From Eledone cirrhosa (lineage: Eukaryota): 64,000 nt of DNA. The translations under genes and the position numbers were made by a program. Shown in pieces: positions 62,101 through 64,000 of this stretch; the stretch's first letter is position 1, and each line of letters starts with the position of its first letter. The notes beneath the pieces are model-generated. The model had not been told where the DNA came from, did not search any database, and saw only the letters and a program-made list of their open reading frames with translations. The DNA lies in assembly GCA_964016885.1 (NCBI GenBank), contig OZ024741.1, positions 268,770,001-268,834,000 of the forward strand, given 5' to 3'.

Positions 62101-62872
62101 GAAGTAAGTGTTGTGGTGTGTTGCAGTAGTGTTGTGCAGTGCTGAAATAAGTGTTGTGGTGTGTTGTAGTAGTGTTGTGCAGTGCTGAAGTAAGTGTTGT
62201 GGTGTGTTGCAGTAGTGTTGTGCAGTGCTGAAGTAAGTGTTGTGGTGTGCTGAAGTAGGTGTTGTGGTGTATTATAGGAGAGTGTTGTGCAGTGCTGAAG
62301 TAAGTGTTGTGGTGTGTTGTAGTAGTGTTGTGCTGTGGTGTGTTGTAATAGTGTTGTGCAGTGCTGAAGTAAGTGTTGTGGTGTGTTGCAGTAGTGTTGT
62401 GCAGTGCTGAAGTAGGTGTTGTGGTGTATTATAGGAGAGGGTTGTGCAGTGCTGAAGTAAGTGTTGTGGTGTGTTGTAGTAGTGTTGTGCAGTGCTGAAG
62501 TAAGTGTTGTGGTGTGTTGTAGTAGTGTTGTGCAGTGCTGAAGTAAGTGTTGTGGTGTGTTGTAGTAGTGTTGTGCAGTGCTGAAGTAAGTGTTGTGGTG
62601 TGTTGTAGTAGTGTTGTGTTATGCTGAAGTAAGTGTTGTGGTGTGTTGTGCAGTGCTGAATTAAGTGTTGTGGTGTGTTGTGCAGTGCTGAAGTAAGTGT
62701 TGCGGTATGTTGTAGTAGTGTTGTGCAGTGCTGAAGCAAGTGTTGTGGTGTGTTGTGCAGTGCTGAAGTAAGTGTTGTAGTAGTGCTGAAGTAAGTGTTG
62801 TGGTGTGTTGTAGTAGTGTTGAGTAGTGCTGAAGTAAGTGTTATGGTGTGGTGTTTTGTAGTAGTGTTGCAA
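59150..62872. repeat. Satellite array, 43 bp modal unit with modular deletion variants
   Basis: gtgttgtgcagtgctgaagtaagtgttgtggtgtgttgtagta repeated over 3.7 kb. Confidence 0.95.
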
Positions 62873-63264
62873 CTGTGTTCTGGATAGTTGCAGTAGTGTT
62901 TGAAAGAGGAGTGCAGTAGTATTTCTGGGTGGTTGCAGTATTTTTTGCTGGGTGGTTGCAGTAGTATTTCTGGGGTGCTATCGTAGGGAGTAGGTGCAGA
63001 AGTGATTGTAGGGAGCTAGCTGCAACAACTAACTGTGTTCTTCCATTTGGAGTGTACCTTGTGTGCGGTGTATATGAAAAAATTTAGGATTCCGGTAAAA
63101 TTTCTTTCAATCCCTCTTTTTTTTTTGTTTATCACCCCTGCCTCTCCACTTTTTTCTTTTACTTCATGCATGGATATTGTTAAATATTGTCTATTTACAT
63201 AAGTTCTTTTATACAAACATTTTCGGTCTGCTGGGGATTTATATGTCTGCCACTACCTCTACTC

Positions 63265-63710
63265 CCTATCACCACCACCACCATCACCACTGCCATTATC
63301 ACAACCACTATCACCGTCACCATCACCACTACCATTATCAATAACAACAACAGTACCACAACCCCAACCACCACCACTGCCATTATCACTGTCACCATCA
63401 CCACCATCAATAACAACAATAGAACCACCACCACCACACAATCATCACCATCACCACCACCACCACCACCACCACCATCACCACCACTACCACCATCACC
63501 ACCACTACCATCACCACCACCACCACCACTACCACCACCACCAGCACCGTCACCACCACTACCATCACCACCACTACTATTATCTCAACCATGATCACTA
63601 CCATGATCACTGTCACCATCACCTCTACAACCATCAATAACAACAATAGTACCACAACTACCACCACACACAACCGCCACAATCACCACCACCACCATTA
63701 CCCCCTACCC
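63265..63710. repeat. Degenerate (ACC/ATC)n low-complexity tract
   Basis: Direct reading. Confidence 0.9.
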
Positions 63711-63934
63711 AACAAAAGCAGCAGCAGCAATAACAAGTATTGAATGCTCCATTAAATCTGCTCTATAGTTTTACCTTTAAACACACTTGACTAGAAATTT
63801 CTTTATTGGATTTTGGTGAGAACATCAGATTATGTAATGTCTGGCTTTCATAAACACCCTTGCTGCAACCATTAGCTACATAGCAATTCTGAGTGTGTGT
63901 GTATCTATATAGGTGTGTGTATATATGTGTGTGA

Positions 63935-63970
<36 letters not shown>

Positions 63971-64000
63971 ATCTTTGTGTATATATATATATGTGTGTCT

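Noticed and set aside
60494-62872. ORFs within the 43 bp satellite
   Set aside because: Frame-shifting tandem repeat with no coding signature
63187-63594. Thr/Pro-rich mucin- or extensin-like ORF
   Set aside because: Explained by degenerate (ACC)n; no splice or domain evidence

Overview
This is AT-rich, repeat-saturated eukaryotic DNA. It is most likely a coleoid cephalopod (Octopus-like), inferred from the SINE families and the extreme (TA)n/(CA)n load. No host gene is confidently identifiable, and almost all ORFs in the track are translations of microsatellites. Recognisable content: LINE fragments (RTE, including one with a PHD finger inside the RT; CR1-like; R4/Dong-like), two Penelope-like (PLE) GIY-YIG remnants, an internally deleted Helitron, a mariner pseudogene, hAT and Tc1/mariner MITEs, about 13 SINE copies and several minisatellites/satellites. 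The main unexplained signal is in the short 100-600 bp islands between (TA)n tracts. Many carry minimal type I hammerhead ribozyme motifs (about 10 well-formed, several decayed), including three unrelated families with the U3:A8 core variant. These islands are very often folded back into inverted repeats. I interpret this as a dense population of microsatellite-associated Penelope-like pseudo-LTR/retrozyme fragments. All structures were read by eye and none were computed; some fold-backs could be assembly artefacts.
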